This document shows positions 62,644-64,000 of a DNA stretch of 64,000 nt, one piece after another. The notes below the pieces were generated by a model, which did not search any database, was not told where the DNA came from, and saw only the letters and a program-made list of their open reading frames with translations. The translations under genes and the position numbers were made by a program. Each line of letters opens with the position of its first letter. The first letter of the stretch is position 1. Origin of the DNA: Mustelus asterias (Eukaryota); contig NC_135819.1 in the NCBI RefSeq assembly GCF_964213995.1, positions 66,774,001-66,838,000 of the forward strand. The letters are read 5' to 3'.

Positions 62644-64000
62644 GAAGAGAGGTATTCCTTTAAGACATTGATAATGTCATCTGGATGTCCCGCCCCAGAC
62701 CGTACATTGATGAGAAATCTGACTTGGTTTTCATACTCCTTTTAGTTCGTCCAAATAATTCTTTGGAACGCTCTTCTACACCCTAGTCTCTTGGGGAGTA
62801 ACCGTTGAAACTCTGCTCTGAGTATTTCACCTTTGATCACTTAATCCCGCAGCATTTTGCACGTCTATAAATTAGACATAAATTAGGACTCAATACAGGT
62901 TCAAATCGGATAACCTTTTCTCACAGGTTCCATTTGACAGTCTGGTTATGAAATTGAGATGGTCCTTTTGTGTTGAGTAACAAGGTAAAGGAACATAGGA
63001 CTTAAAAGCAGGATTAGGCCATTTGGTCTTTTGAGCTTGCTCCACCATTCAGTAAGATCCTAGCTGATTTGGCTGTGGTTTCAATTTTTTTTTCTTTCCT
63101 GTCTGGCCACCATGACCCTTAACTCATTGGGTGGAATTTTCCTGTCCTGTCTACCACAGGAATCGTGGCAAGCGGGACACAGACCACACAAAGATCCGTT
63201 GACCTCGGGCGGGATTTTCTGGCCTTGGGACAAGCACGGCCGGAAAATCCCACCCTACATCTATCAAATCTCTAACTCTCCCTTCAATAAATTCAGTGAC
63301 CCGGACTTCACTGCTTTCTGGGGAAAAGATTTCTACATACTTAAGACCCTCAGAGAAAAATTTTCTCCTCATCTGTCTTTAAAGACCTCGTTCTTAAACT
63401 GGGGTTCTCGTTCCATTCTCCACCACAAAGGGGAACCATTCTCCCGATCCAGTTTCCTCAGGGTCTTGTATGTTTCAGTAATATTACCTCTCAGTTTTCT
63501 AAATTGCAATGGGTGTGAGCCAATACAATAAGTCCTTCATTGTAGGAAAAAGTTGAATGAATCTTCTCTAAACTGTTTCTAATGCAATAGGATGAGATTC
63601 TCCTGAATCGGAAACACCAGAGTGTTTTCCACTAGCACTGGGAGCATCTATGAGTTGGAATTCTCCCATCTGATGAATGCAAATATGTGCATCCCGAGCA
63701 ACCCACCGGCCAGACACACTTTTCAAAAGCGCCCTAATCTTCATGGTCGGAGACAGGCACTCCTCTCCCCCGAAATGGAAATGGTGACCCCCCCCCACCC
63801 TGAAATTGACCAGGGGTGCATCACCAATGCCTCAGCAAAGACAAGCATCCACCCACAAATAATGTGTAGCCCCCCCCCCCCCTCATTCAGGCCATGCGCC
63901 TTGGCGTTGTCAATGGTGTACTGCCCCAGGCACCATGGCACCATCACACTGGCCTGGTGCCTTGGGCCCCAAGGGGGATTAGGGAGGTAGGTCCAGTGGC

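Overview
Eukaryotic, repeat-rich vertebrate DNA. The repeat families (CR1/HER1-like LINEs, HE1-like V-SINEs, Penelope-like elements, Rex1, Harbinger, Gypsy) point to a cartilaginous fish, probably a shark. Two multi-exon Ig-superfamily genes lie in tandem on the + strand; I assembled both by hand from GT-AG sites with consistent intron phases. Gene A (373-22211; leader exon not found, probably upstream of the window) encodes a germline-joined VJ-type V domain with a PPP FG loop, a C1-set domain, an uncharged TM and a cytoplasmic tail with two ITIMs. It looks like a non-rearranging, antigen-receptor-like/SIRP-like inhibitory receptor. Gene B (50055-~62643) encodes a leader, a single B7/butyrophilin-type IgV domain, a stalk/TM and a short tail; a cluster of IRF/ISRE-like motifs lies ~7 kb upstream. 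The adjacency of a CD28/CTLA4-like PPP receptor and a B7-like gene is the most interesting feature. The rest is degenerate transposable elements, including six short Penelope-like insertions, several with minimal hammerhead ribozyme motifs showing covariation. Gene models and family assignments are not database-verified.
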